A stretch of 63,346 nt of DNA, filler included, from Octopus bimaculoides (Eukaryota): NCBI RefSeq assembly GCF_001194135.2. It is 4 parts of 4 records of this genome, joined end to end, with 100 filler letters (N's around TTAATTAATTAA, not from the genome) between each part and the next. Parts side by side here need not be neighbours in the genome. Positions count along the whole stretch, not along the records: positions 19,074 to 39,836 come from NC_068999.1; positions 39,937 to 61,532 come from NC_068984.1; 2 more parts are not named here. One strand, 5' to 3'. Every line of letters starts with the position of its first letter. The stretch's first letter is position 1. This document shows positions 35,985 to 48,745 of this stretch, in pieces. The notes under the pieces were generated by a model. The model did not search any database, had not been told where the DNA came from, and saw nothing but the letters and a program-made list of their open reading frames with translations. Made by a program: the position numbers and the translations under genes.

Positions 35985-37420
35985 GAGAACATTTTTAAAT
36001 TGCTTCATTTCGAAGGCTATGACTGGTTTCGTTGATCTCAACGATTGTGAGTCCGAAACACATCGTAAATTTTTCAATTCAGGTGAATTATGCTGTTTTA
36101 GTTGTCATAGTACTTATACATCAATTGTCTTGACCCATTGTATCTCATCTATTAAATATGGTTAGTAAAATGTATTGATCAATATATCGTTAAGTTCTTG
36201 GAACCGTATATCCCGGGTATTTATATCACATACAATTGCGCATACCTTTTTGGTTAAATTAAAAGGAATATTTCTTCTTGTGCATTTCCGATGAGATAAA
36301 GAATAGATTTTGCTTCGAATCTGTTGGTTTGTAATATCAGTCGGTCTCAATTCAACTTTCATTATTAAAATATCTAAAACTGTTAGTTTCTTTTGATTGT
36401 ATTCTATTGTTCATTGAATGTTATTGATTCCATTAAGTACTATTTTAAATTCATTTAAATTCTTTATGCTTTCATTAAATTCATTTAATTTCTTTATGCT
36501 TTCATTCTTTATGCTTCAAAGAATGAAGCAATCACCCACAAATCTTTTCTAATTCTCTCTTATAAAGGGATAGAAAGTATTTCCGTGTTTTCGCAGCAAT
36601 TTCAGATATATTGTAATTTCCAAATGTCCTGTAAATAAATTGACATAAACTGGGGATACTATTGTACCCATTGTAGTTCCAATTTTTTCTAGATAATAGT
36701 TGACTTCAAACATGAAATAGTTACAGTTGAAGAATAAATTTTAACCCTTCAAATATTAATTCTTTTACGATATATTACGATGATTCTTTTGCATAAATTT
36801 TCAATCAGAGTCGTTTTGCTTCCATAACATAGTCGCGATGAACCTTTTTCTATGTAAACTCACTACATCAAAAAATACAGCTGTTTTGGTTTTTGTTTTG
36901 TTTTCCTTTGATCGTTTTTGGAAGATTATTCAACATATTTAGATTGTCGCTCATAAAACTGATAATGTTCTAGGAATTATTCTAATAAGACATCAAAATA
37001 AATAAATAAATAACTAAATAAATAAAATAAAAGTTAAACATTAATTACATTGCGAGCTAGGTATTATTGGTCTTAAATCTAAATCGTTTGGTGATTGAGA
37101 ATTTATGCATATGCATGTGAATTTCTTACAAGCTTCACTTATTATTTTGCTTTTGTGATTTTTTTCTATAAGCCATAGAAAAGGCTATATTTTCATTTCA
37201 AGTTGCTTATCATATTCTTTATCTGTCAATTCTTTTCAGCATAAGTGCGTCACAGTTTTCAAATATATTTTCATTACTTTCTGTTGGTTGTAGTTTTTAA
37301 CCTTTGCGTAGTGTGTATCTCATCTCCCACCACGGATAAAACAAGACCTTTTTTTTTTACTATAACATTCGGTATTTATCAATATAACTGAAGCCCCTCT
37401 ATTCGTTATCATTTTTTTCA
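35985..37420 (-). pseudogene. Penelope-like element reverse transcriptase fossil
   Basis: Ordered PLE RT motifs: GASVILINTECY, HKSKIISEAC, DLRPII, FDVVSL, GTTMGTIVSPVYVNLF, RFVGDCF (cf. RYLDDCF), VLDILI, RNIPFNL; stops and frameshifts. Confidence 0.85.
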
Positions 37421-37648
37421 ATCCAATTATGTTTCCCCCATTCAGCGGGGCTGAAGTTTCACATAATCCTTTGTTTCACTTTATTTATGATGTTATCTTC
37501 GTCTTTTATCTTTTATTTGTTTCAGTCGTTGAACTATGGCCATGATGGGGCACCGACTTAAAGGGTTTAGTCAAACAAATAGTCCCTAGTACTTAATTTT
37601 TTTTAAATGTGCGTGTGTGCGCGCGCACGTGGTCAGACGCATACATAC

Positions 37649-37693
<45 letters not shown>

Positions 37694-38188
37694 NNNNNNN
37701 NNNNNNNNNNNNNNNNNNNNNNNNNNNNNNNNNNNNNNNNNNNNNNNNNNNNNNNNNNNNNNNNNNNNNNNNNNNNNNNNNNNNNNNNNNNNNNNNNNNN
37801 NNNNNNNNNNNNNNNNNNNNNNNNNNNNNNNNNNNNNNNNNNNNNNNNNNNNNNNNNNNNNNNNNNNNNNNNNNNNNNNNNNNNNNNNNNNNNNNNNNNN
37901 NNNNNNNNNNNNNNNNNNNNNNNNNNNNNNNNNNNNNNNNNNNNNNNNNNNNNNNNNNNNNNNNNNNNNNNNNNNNNNNNNNNNNNNNNNNNNNNNNNNN
38001 NNNNNNNNNNNNNNNNNNNNNNNNNNNNNNNNNNNNNNNNNNNNNNNNNNNNNNNNNNNNNNNNNNNNNNNNNNNNNNNNNNNNNNNNNNNNNNNNNNNN
38101 NNNNNNNNNNNNNNNNNNNNNNNNNNNNNNNNNNNNNNNNNNNNNNNNNNNNNNNNNNNNNNNNNNNNNNNNNCAGACGCATACATAC

Positions 38189-38233
<45 letters not shown>

Positions 38234-38818
38234 CGGTGGTGCTCCAGCATGACCGCAACTGCATGGCTGAAACTAGTAAAAGAATAAAAGAATATACTGT
38301 TTCTTACTTACAAAATAACTATGACGAAAGCCAAATTTTGCCAAGTGCCTATTTTTATAAGGGTCACCAATTGCTGAAGCAAATTAATCACCGTATATAT
38401 AGCCGTGATGTCTTCAAAATGTTAACATTCAACGACAGCTAGTTGAAATACATTTCATGGGTGACGGGAACTATATTCTAATGAATCCAACTACAGACAT
38501 CTCGTGGCAGAGTTCAACACAATACAAATCAGAAAGCTAAAATTTCAAATTTTAACAGTCACCTCTTACAGTTTTTGATACAGAAGACATTCTATGGAAC
38601 ATCAAATTAGATGGCAAAGTAAAACAAAATAGAAAAACAGTCGCTAGTGAGTTGACAGGTAAGCTGGATAGTTGTACAATATCAGCAGAAAAAATATGTC
38701 AAGGGTTGTGCATGTTGACAGGTATACTGTGTTAATAGGTGAAACTTTGAAGTGTGTTATTTGAAAATTTTGGTACAATCACGCTATGTAGCTTGCAGTG
38801 TGTAAAACCAATATACGC

Positions 38819-38887
<69 letters not shown>

Positions 38888-38899
38888 GTTGACTGAACA

Positions 38900-39072
38900 C
38901 TATTCAATTTTTTTTCTCCGTGTTTTTCTCCTTGTCTCCGTATTCTTTCTGTTGAAGAGCGTAGCTCGAAACGTCAAAGACTTTCCGTATTCCCGAGCGT
39001 CATACTAATATATACTTTTGTTATTTACACCACCTGTCCTCGTCTGTTGTTATTTTTTGTATATTCTCCCAT
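38900..39072 (+). mobile_element. Short repeat family E (~180 bp, hammerhead-bearing), between (TA)n tracts
   Basis: Homologous to 57030-57212 and 58864-59050. Confidence 0.8.
38944..38980 (+). ncRNA. Minimal type I hammerhead-like motif, A6-substituted
   Basis: UCUUU-CUGUUGA-A-GAGC(gua)GCUC-GAAA-CGUC-AAAGA: perfect stems I and II, GUC site, ACGU palindrome. Confidence 0.6.
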
Positions 39073-39172
39073 ATATATATATATATATATATATACATAC
39101 ATATATAAACACATATATATATGTATATAGATATACATACATAAATATACATACATAAATATATATACCTAC

Positions 39173-39205
<33 letters not shown>

Positions 39206-39496
39206 CTTGTATACCTATATATATTCATAAAAATATACGCGTATGTGTATGTGTATATGCATGTGTGTGTATGTATGTGTGTGCGTGCGTGTATTTGTAT
39301 ATCATATATAATTGTATGTGTGTATATATCTATGTAGGTATGTATGTATGCGTGCATGCACGCACGTATGCATGTGTGTATGTGTGTATGTATGTATGTA
39401 TATATGTATGTATGTTCTCAATCTCAACCACCCGACAACGGCAACTTCGTGATGGTGGTGATGATGGAGGAGAAGATGGAGATGATGTATTTAATT

Positions 39497-39632
39497 TTTG
39501 AAAGCCTGGTACTTGTTTTATCGGTCACTTTTGCCGAGCCGCTAATGTTACAGGGGCGCGAATAAACCAGCACCGGTTGTCAAACGTTTGCGGGGGACAA
39601 CTACAACACAAGCAGAAAGACACCCCTTCCCC

Positions 39633-39678
<46 letters not shown>

Positions 39679-39834
39679 GAGATGATGGGGGTCTCTCAGT
39701 TCAGTTTTCCGTCTACCAAATGTACTCACAAAGTTTTGGTCAGTCCGAGGCCCGAGTTGTCACGCAGTGGAACTGAACCGGAACCATGTGGTTGGCGAGC
39801 AAGCTTCCTAGCACTCAGCCATGCCTGCGCCTAA
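39497..39834 (-). mobile_element. SINE family A
   Basis: Collinear with 48746-49142; internal (TA)(CA) tract. Confidence 0.85.
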
Positions 39835-39936
39835 AANNNNNNNNNNNNNNNNNNNNNNNNNNNNNNNNNNNNNNNNNNNNTTAATTAATTAANNNNNNNN
39901 NNNNNNNNNNNNNNNNNNNNNNNNNNNNNNNNNNNN

Positions 39937-39967
<31 letters not shown>

Positions 39968-40207
39968 ATATCTATATATGTATGTAAGTATGTATGTATA
40001 TACCCACGTGTATATTTATATTTACATAGATATATTAGCGTGAGTGTATGTGTGCGCTGAAATACGTATCTTTTAATAGTAATTTAAAGATGTCGCTATG
40101 TACATACGTATACAGCAGAAAAGACTCGCCTTTTCTCACCCTCCTTAAGTCAAGATTCACCCACTCACTAAAGGTGATCACTTTGCTGAAGTAATGAATC
40201 AACTTAC

Positions 40208-40224
40208 CTGCTGGTTCACCAACT
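40208..40224 (-). other. Candidate 17-nt microexon of an unidentified gene
   Basis: tttctcatttctcatcttcag|AGTTGGTGAACCAGCAG|gtaagt on the minus strand. Confidence 0.3.
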
Positions 40225-40598
40225 CTGAAGATGAGAAATGAGAAATAGTTACACCGAAAAAAATGCTGAAAATAGTGACCAGATCTCTCAAAAGTTATGC
40301 ATTACCATCTTAAATAAAAAGAAAACAATAATAAACGCGACAGTTCACGCTATACGAACGATGGGGTTGCTTCTATTAGAACATTCTTCCCTGGTGTGGA
40401 ACACACATCAACAACATGGTTATTTGAAGCCGAAGGCGGAAGACCTATATGCTGGTGAACGTCTTTATATAAATGGCAGTCAAAATTATCTCAAATCTTA
40501 CTACCGTCATGGAAAATGCAATGCTAAGAGAGTGAGCGCGCACATGTGTGGCGAGAAGCTTGTTTCCCAACCACTTGGTTGCGTGTTCAGATATATAT

Positions 40599-40633
<35 letters not shown>

Positions 40634-41036
40634 NNNNNNNNNNNNNNNNNNNNNNNNNNNNNNNNNNNNNNNNNNNNNNNNNNNNNNNNNNNNNNNNNNN
40701 NNNNNNNNNNNNNNNNNNNNNNNNNNNNNNNNNNNNNNNNNNNNNNNNNNNNNNNNNNNNNNNNNNNNNNNNNNNNNNNNNNNNNNNNNNNNNNNNNNNN
40801 NNNNNNNNNNNNNNNNNNNNNNNNNNNNNNNNNNNNNNNNNNNNNNNNNNNNNNNNNNNNNNNNNNNNNNNNNNNNNNNNNNNNNNNNNNNNNNNNNNNN
40901 NNNNNNNNNNNNNNNNNNNNNNNNNNNNNNNNNNNNNNNNNNNNNNNNNNNNNNNNNNNNNNNNNNNNNNNNNNNNNNNNNNNNNNNNNNNNNNNNNNNN
41001 NNNNNNNNNNNNNNNNNNNNNNNNNNNNNNNNNNNN

Positions 41037-41077
<41 letters not shown>

Positions 41078-41159
41078 GAAGATTGATAGATAGATAGATA
41101 GATACATACATACATACAAACACACGAAAATACATACACACACATACATACATACACAC

Positions 41160-42150
41160 ATATTAGTTGTCAATTCGTCCTCGAGTATGACGTCGTGGAT
41201 TTTTTCTTGAGCCTCTGCCCTTCCATGACTTTGTAAATGACTATTCATGTCAGCTTTCGGCTTCATCCCTTTGCTCTTTGCCACACATGTTGCACTTCTA
41301 ACCAAGCAGCTGGGAAGGCTGCACCTTCTTCATATCTTCATACGCTCTCGTGTCGCTCTAGAAACCAGTAAGAGACAGATTCTTCCACATATTTTACATT
41401 GACTACTTTTGTCCGTAACTTTTCGTGTTGCTGCTTGCTTCCGCTTCCGAATTACTCTTTTGTATGACTCATGCTGAGTTCTTTTCCTCTCAAATAACGC
41501 TACACCATCGAAGATTGTTTTACTCCCCTGTACTCTATAAGCAGTTTATTTTTCCCAGATTTCAACAGAAATAGCGCATTTCTTCAATTTCATCTTAGAA
41601 AGGTCTTTCTACTACTGTTTGGGTTTCGAGGCTTTCCTCTTTCCTTGCTTTAATTCCTCATAGAACAGGCACTCTGGAATTCTAGTATTAATCATTCGAG
41701 CAAGATGTACACTCCACCTTAAAACACTCCGAACGATGATGGCTTCCATGCAGTCATTTAAGCTTTCTCCAGAACTTTGGTATTCGGGGTATGTGTGGTC
41801 CACTTCACATTAAAACAGCATTGGTGAAACATTTAGAGCATCTTAGCTTGGTGTTTTTAGATCATCCTAGTTCCCCAGCTATACAATAAAGCTAACAGCG
41901 CACAGGTTTTGTAGATGGAAATCTTTGTGCTTAATCTGATACAGCCTGCTTTCCAGATTTCCAAAAGCTCTCGAAGTCTTCTTCACTCTGTATAAGTTCT
42001 TCGAACTTGCATCATCCGACAGCACACTTCCCAAATAAGTAAAAGACTTCAGCACTTTTAATTCTTTATCTCCTACAGATATCTTTGGTTTAACGTATGC
42101 TTCCACTGGTGCAACCTGCAGCATAATCTTTATTTTCTTCAAATTCATTT
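41160..42150 (-). mobile_element. RTE-clade LINE 3' fragment (RT end and C-terminal region)
   Basis: FTYLGSVLS, KTSRAFGNL, LRWSVHLARM..RIPECLFYEELKQGKR motifs. Confidence 0.85.
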
Positions 42151-42277
42151 CTTTTTATTCTTGTATACTTTACACATATTTTTTTTTATTTTTCAAAATT
42201 TTATATTTTAGCTTATGTCGAAAAGATGTTGACTACCTGATAAAAAAATGTTATATATCTTACCTTATAATCCCTAG

Positions 42278-44040
42278 ATGATTAAGGATTGTTTGTTAAA
42301 AACTGAAAACACATCAAAGCGGAAAGATAGTGAAAATGCAGGTAAGTAAGCAACCTGTTCAAATGAAAAGATGCTGGCTCAAGTATCAAGTCGGAAAACA
42401 CGTAAACGTGACGAGTATATGTCCTATGTACTTATTTATATACAGCTACCATGAAAGCCGAGAGAAGACAGTGTGCTTGTGTTTGAAACGTTGTTTTTTG
42501 AAGACATGAAGCCAGCCAAATTTCGCCGATATTTAGAAATAAAGCGCAAAGAAAACATGTTGAATATTTCCAAATAAAACGACAACTACTTTCACGACAA
42601 AAGTCTATGGAAAACAATAGCAAGTGACAATGATATAATAAAAATTTGATGTTAGCATCCATCGTATGAAGTGTCTCATTTAATAGCAGAGTAGAAAATC
42701 ACACAGCAGCAGAGGACCAAATGCCAAATTTTCAAGGATTTTCAATTTTTCATGGGATTCTATTATCAAAATTGTGAAGCGACAAATAAAAGACATGTTT
42801 ACTAATGTTAAAAATCAGTTTGTGAAAAGAATGCATTAAGTGAATATTATTCCTTACGGATATTTTTAACCGTATCGATATGTTTGTATTCATAGTGTAT
42901 AAAGTTAATGGTTCGATTACTGAAGATTTTCTGTTTTTCCAATCATTGCCAACCCACATGACTAGTGAACCTTATTTTTAATATTTTGGACAACTTCATA
43001 ATTGAAAACTGAATTGGGTTGTCAAAATGCGTAGAGGTCAGGACTAATGGGTCTCCTATAATGTTAGGAAAATACAGATAACTCAGAGCAAATATTCAAA
43101 GTATAGTACCCAAAATGTTAAATGGACTCATTACTGCATACATGGAGAAACATTGGCAGCAAGAAACATTACCAGGAGAGTGAAGACGACACTGAAGAAG
43201 GCAGTGGAAATAGTGAATTTTATAAAAGTTCATCCGTTTTAAAAGCTCATCCGTATTTTTAGGGGTTTTCTTTTGAGAAGACATGGGCAGTGCCTTTGAA
43301 CAACTGCTCTTGCATTGTGAAGCGTGTTGGATGTCTCACAGAAAAATAATTAACCACATATTCGAGTTGTCAGGGAAAAAATATTGGTTCAATTATTTTT
43401 TTTTAACTATCTATGGTGGCATATAGATATCTGGCATTTTTATGTATTTAAATTACTTAAATTTGAGTCTACAAGGGAGATCCGTAATGAAATTTAAAGG
43501 TGAAGATAAAGTGTAAACCATGATTACGAAATAATATTTGTGGTCTGAACGTTTGCAGAACGATGTGTTTCAATCATTTCCAACACTTTTGCGACTCTGA
43601 TAATGATCTGTCTGAAGAAATATAAACCCTTTTCATTCAGCACCTGTAATGTTTAAAGAACTTTAGGGATTTTTATTCCCTTCTTGATAGCAATAACAAT
43701 TGCATTAGGGACCTATTTCATGTAAATGTAGAAACTGTAACATTTAAATTCAAATTAAGAAAATAGTCTTCTTGAGATTTCTAGTGACACCTCACTCAAG
43801 TCAAGTTTCTTTCGAGTCGCTTCAGTAGACTTCCAATTATTTATGAAAAATGAGTACTCTCAGAGTTGGTATTCAAAATACTGAAATGTTGAATGCCATT
43901 CCTCACTACATATTTATGTGAGCAGGTTTCTTCCAGCTGACTTATATAAAATCCTGATACATAGACAAAGATGAATGTTAAACCCGATCTCCATACTTAA
44001 AATTGACAAAAATTGAGTCTGAAATTCCTGCCCACCATTA
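42278..44040 (+). pseudogene. hAT (Buster/Charlie-like) transposase fossil
   Basis: RKRDEYMSY, CLKTL..EDMKPAKFRRYLE, MGSAFEQLLLHCEA.WMS, TTYLCEQ and C-terminal dimerization-like residues in order; many stops. Confidence 0.75.
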
Positions 44041-44183
44041 TGCCTCTACATAATCTCGACAAAGTAGCATCAACAATATCATTAAATAAGTCAAATTTCA
44101 CAACTAGTTTCTAGCATATACAACATCCTACTATTATTGCTCATATATATATATATATATATACAAAGATATTATTATTAATA

Positions 44184-44298
<115 letters not shown>

Positions 44299-44302
44299 CA
44301 TA

Positions 44303-44460
44303 CGATGGGATTCTTCAGTTTCCGTCTACCAAATCCACTCACAAGGCTTTAGACGCCCCGAGGCTATAGTAGAAGACACTTGGTGCCACGCAGTGGGACT
44401 GAACCCGGAACCATGTAGTTGGTAAGCAAGCTACTTACCACACAGCCACTCCTGCGCCTA
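44303..44460 (-). mobile_element. SINE family A, left part
   Basis: ttcagtttccgtctaccaaatccactcacaaggc..ccacacagccactcctgcgcc. Confidence 0.9.
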
Positions 44461-44520
44461 GNNNNNNNNNNNNNNNNNNNNNNNNNNNNNNNNNNNNNNN
44501 NNNNNNNNNNNNNNNNNNNN

Positions 44521-44568
<48 letters not shown>

Positions 44569-44655
44569 CATATAATGATATCTCCACAATGTATTGGTGA
44601 GATAAACATGTAATCGTTACCAAAATGGCAAAAAATTCTCCTTGGTTATATATCA

Positions 44656-44945
44656 AAAATTTAAATGAGAGTTTTGACGCTAATATCCATTATTATTGAA
44701 GTTTATTTCCTATGTCAACATTTCTGTATAAGGTTATATTTGACTGTCAATTCAAGTTAAATAAGTAAATTACCTTACACATCCTCAGGGTAAGAAGTAA
44801 AAAGAGATTATATTTTTGGTGTTTACTTTTTACTTTTTACCCTGAGGATGTGTAAGGTAATTTACTTATTTAACTTGAATTGACAGTTAAATATAACCTT
44901 ATAACCTAATAATGGATATTAGCGTCAAAACTCTCATTTAAATTT

Positions 44946-44946
<1 letters not shown>
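44656..44946. repeat. Long fold-back inverted repeat (40-bp and 78-bp stems)
   Basis: 44656-44695/44907-44946 perfect; 44727-44804/44826-44903 with two differences; 21-nt loop. Confidence 0.95.
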
Positions 44947-44977
<31 letters not shown>

Positions 44978-44984
<7 letters not shown>

Positions 44985-45180
44985 CGTCCACTTGTGACCG
45001 AGGTAGACCATTACTGACCTTCAGGAACATTGTGCGCTCTAGGACTAACTTATATTTTGCATTTGCGGCTCCGTTGGTGGCTAATGAGCCCTGCTCTTGA
45101 CAAGCATACACGACTGCAAACATTGCAGACCAAGCTTTTCCTATTCACTATACGAACCGTGCTCTTTTTCGCAGCTCGCT
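44978..45180 (-). mobile_element. RTE-clade LINE extreme 3' end
   Basis: CNVCSRVCLSRAGLISHQR zinc finger, stop, short 3'UTR ending gtggacggccatc into (TA)n. Confidence 0.8.
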
Positions 45181-45329
45181 TAAGTGTGTGTGTGTGTATA
45201 CACATACACAAGGGTACTACAAATAGGGCAAGCTTCAAAGCTTCAGAAGCAAGACAGCTGCGACATAATTAAAGCTTTGAATATATTAATAAAGATATCT
45301 CGGTACTTTTTCAACTTCTATATCCCCCT

Positions 45330-45398
<69 letters not shown>

Positions 45399-46184
45399 AT
45401 ATGAACAGATTGTCAGTTCGGAACAAAAGAATGATTGATCATTCTAAAAGCTGAAGAAGGTTTCTTTTTCTGGTGAGAGAAAAAAATAAAAGATATATAG
45501 TCTTTAGTTAATTTACGTGTTGAATTATGTGTCAATCAACTATAAAGAGATGCGAAGAGGAAACTATATTTAATAGAAAGAATTTAAAAAAACAAAACGA
45601 AAAAAAAAAAAAAAAGGAAGCGAACAAGCAAGAAAGGAAGCAAAAAAGAAAGCAAGAAAGAAAGAAAAGAAAAAAGAAAAGAAATAAGAAAAAAAGAAAG
45701 AACGACAATAAAGATTAGAAAAACAAGGTGATGGAATAGATTTTTGCGTTTTTAATGTAACATAGCGAGAGAGAAAAATTGCATTAATTTTAACCAGTGA
45801 TGAGGTAGGAACGGTGATGAATTATATGAATAAAGCATTGAATATAATGAAAGAGATTTGAAATGAAAATGAATTATGCTGTTGTTGTTGGTTCTTGCCG
45901 TTTTGTTTGAATTAAATTCATTTTCCCCCGTAAGCTTATAAAAATAAAAATACGATTAAAATGGATTCCTTGAAGGAAAGTCTTCTGAGATACATTTTAT
46001 ATTTTATCTTTTCCCTTTTACTTGTTTTGACTAAAAACCCTTCACAGCACCGCTTTCAGAGGATTTAGTCGAGCAAATAGACACCTACATTTTGTCATTC
46101 TCTTTTGCCGGAAAACTGAGTCACGGGTACGTAACAAGACCAACACTGGTCGTGAAGCGGTAGAGGGACACGCACGTATACATA

Positions 46185-46665
46185 CATTGGCTATGTGGTA
46201 AGAAGCTTGCTTCCCAACCACATAGTTCCGGATTCAGTCCCACTGCGTGACACCTTGGGCAACTGTCTTCTACTATGACCTCGGGCCGACCAAAGCCTTA
46301 TGGGTGGATTTGGTAGGCGGAAACTGAAAGAATCTAGTCGTGTGTGTGTGTGTGTGTNNNNNNNNNNGACCAAAGCCTTATGGGTGGATTTGGTAGGCGG
46401 AAACTGAAAGAATCTAGTCGTGTGTGTGTGTGTGTGTGTGTGTGTGTCTGTCTGTCTGTCTGTCTGTCTGTGTTTGCCCCGATCACTGCTTGACAACCGG
46501 TGTTGGACTGTTTACGTCCCCGTAACTTAGCTGTTCGGCAAAGGGCCTGATAGAATAAGTACAAGGCTTAAAAAAATAAGTCTTGGGGTTGATTCATTCG
46601 ACTAAAACCTTTCAAGGCGGTGCTCCAGCATGGCAACAGTCAAATGACTAAAACAATTGAAAGAA
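46185..46665 (+). mobile_element. SINE family A, full length (with a small gap-flanking duplication)
   Basis: Head to tail ggcggtgctccagcatggc..aaacaattgaaagaat. Confidence 0.85.
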
Positions 46666-46821
46666 TATACAAGTGAATGCATTTATATTCCATGTTGTGG
46701 GCTTCCGTTTGAATCTCACTGGCTGAAAATTTCCATGGGACGACATCTTTCGAAGGAAGATGCCATAACCTATGTGATTTATTCTGATATTTTGTATATT
46801 ATTATAAAATCTATGTATATT

Positions 46822-47003
46822 CTTTTCTACTCGAGGTACAGTGCTCGAAATTTTGGGGGAGGGATTCAGTTGATTAGCCTCGACCTCAGTGCGCAACTGG
46901 TACTTAATTTATCGACCTCGAAATGATGAAAGGCAAATTCGACCTCGGTGGAATTTGAACTCAGAACGTAAAGACAGACGAAATACCGCTATTTTGCCCG
47001 GCA
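46822..47003 (-). mobile_element. SINE family B
   Basis: gaaaggcaaattcgacctcggtggaatttgaactcagaacg. Confidence 0.85.
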
Positions 47004-47736
47004 TGAAAAATCTACGTATATTATCTACTTTCAAGCACTGCAACAGACTTAACAAAATAATTATTCTCAAAATAATTTGGAATAATTCTATAAATTAATG
47101 CACATTTTGTAGAATAGCTAAAATATGTTACAATTTCTTTCTTTCAGAAAATAAAAATAAAGGGCAAAATTTAATTTTAGACCATATATGTTCTTGCAAT
47201 TTAAAAACAGAAGATATTCTACAATTTTTTTCTTCCAAAATATTTTACAATTTTTTTTCTTCCAAAATATAAAAATAAAAATTTAATTTTAGACCATATA
47301 TGTTCTTGCAACCTAAATATTTCATTTATTTAATATATTAACAAGTTATTTCCATTGATGCACGATACACAGTAACAGCAGGCACCAAGAGAGAGGCGCA
47401 TATCCACCTACATTTGGAGAGATGCACACGCACACGTACAACACAGACACACAGACAATATATACTTGTAACAAAAACACATACATGCATTCGCACATAC
47501 ACTCATATATACACCCACTTTTCCGAAGACGAATGCTCATACTTAGTGAATTAATAAATAAAAAAATAATTTGGGATTTTTATAGCATGTCATAAATAAT
47601 TTCCCCTGCTGCATTTTTCTTTATATTTTACTTAATTTACAAAATTATGAATACAATTTCTTTACCATAAATCATTTTTTCTCTATATATATATGTGTGT
47701 GTGTGCGTGTGCGCGTGCATGTGTGTGTGTGTGTGT

Positions 47737-47779
<43 letters not shown>

Positions 47780-48745
47780 TGCCTGCGCATATGTATGTAT
47801 GTGTATCACTATATCGACCAGACTATCGGATATTGTTATACACCACTAGTCNNNNNNNNNNNNNNNNNNNNNNNNNNNNNNNNNNNNNNNNNNNNNNNNN
47901 NNNNNNNNNNNNNNNNNNNNNNNNNNNNNNNNNNNNNNNNNNNNNNNNNNNNNNNNNNNNNNNNNNNNNNNNNNNNNNNNNNNNNNNNNNNNNNNNNNNN
48001 NNNNNNNNNNNNNNNNNNNNNNNNNNNNNNNNNAAACACACAAGCCACATAGAGAACATTCTACTTCATCAGCTACCCCCGTTTTAACACCGGCGTTTCG
48101 AAGAGCTGGGCAGGACGCATCGTTAAAACGGCTCTTCCCATGGACCACAAATTAAATTTGTATACACAAATTAAATCTTACCATGGAGGAATGTAGTGGC
48201 GGACAAAAAACAAGACAGGAAAACAAACAGAAAAGGCTTTACGGCCAGACGAGAAAAATTATGTGTGTATGAACGCTAGTGAAAAATATATAACAAAAGA
48301 AGGAAATAGCACACAGACACACACAGAGGGAGTCAGTACTTTGAGAGCCTGCTGATATTGAAGGGTTAAACACTAATGGTATGCAAAGTAGTAACTCCAA
48401 TTCTCTGAAGCTGCTATTCGGTAGGTATATAAACAGAATGGCTACTAGTGTCACAGATTGTTCAAGTGATGTAGACTCTTATTAAGGTCAAAAATCGATT
48501 AAGGCTATTCGTCATATTGTCACTCTGCAGAGAAGTAGGTAAAAATTGCGTTTGTATGTCTACTGCGTAGGTTTAGATAGGTAGATAAATAGATAGTTAT
48601 ATCGTATAAATAGCATAGATATGTAATGTGGATATATGTTTGTGTGGGTGTAGGTAAGTACATTTTAATTTCGATTTAATTTTGACCGGTCACCTGCTTG
48701 ATAGCAAGGTTTGAAGGAAAGCATCTTATTTTATCATCCTTTAAA

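Noticed and set aside
37586-38442. Long ORFs in the track made of X and YI/CV/HT repeats (also around 40500, 51000, 52500, 55000, 60200)
   Set aside because: They span N gaps and microsatellites; no coding evidence.
40360-40430. LEHSSLVWNTH, similar to the CR1/L2 post-RT motif
   Set aside because: Single short motif with no supporting neighbours.
48060-48145. CGAAACG and CTGATGAAG on the minus strand, hammerhead-like halves in swapped order
   Set aside because: No stem I pairing can be drawn for a type II permutation; probably another repeat family.
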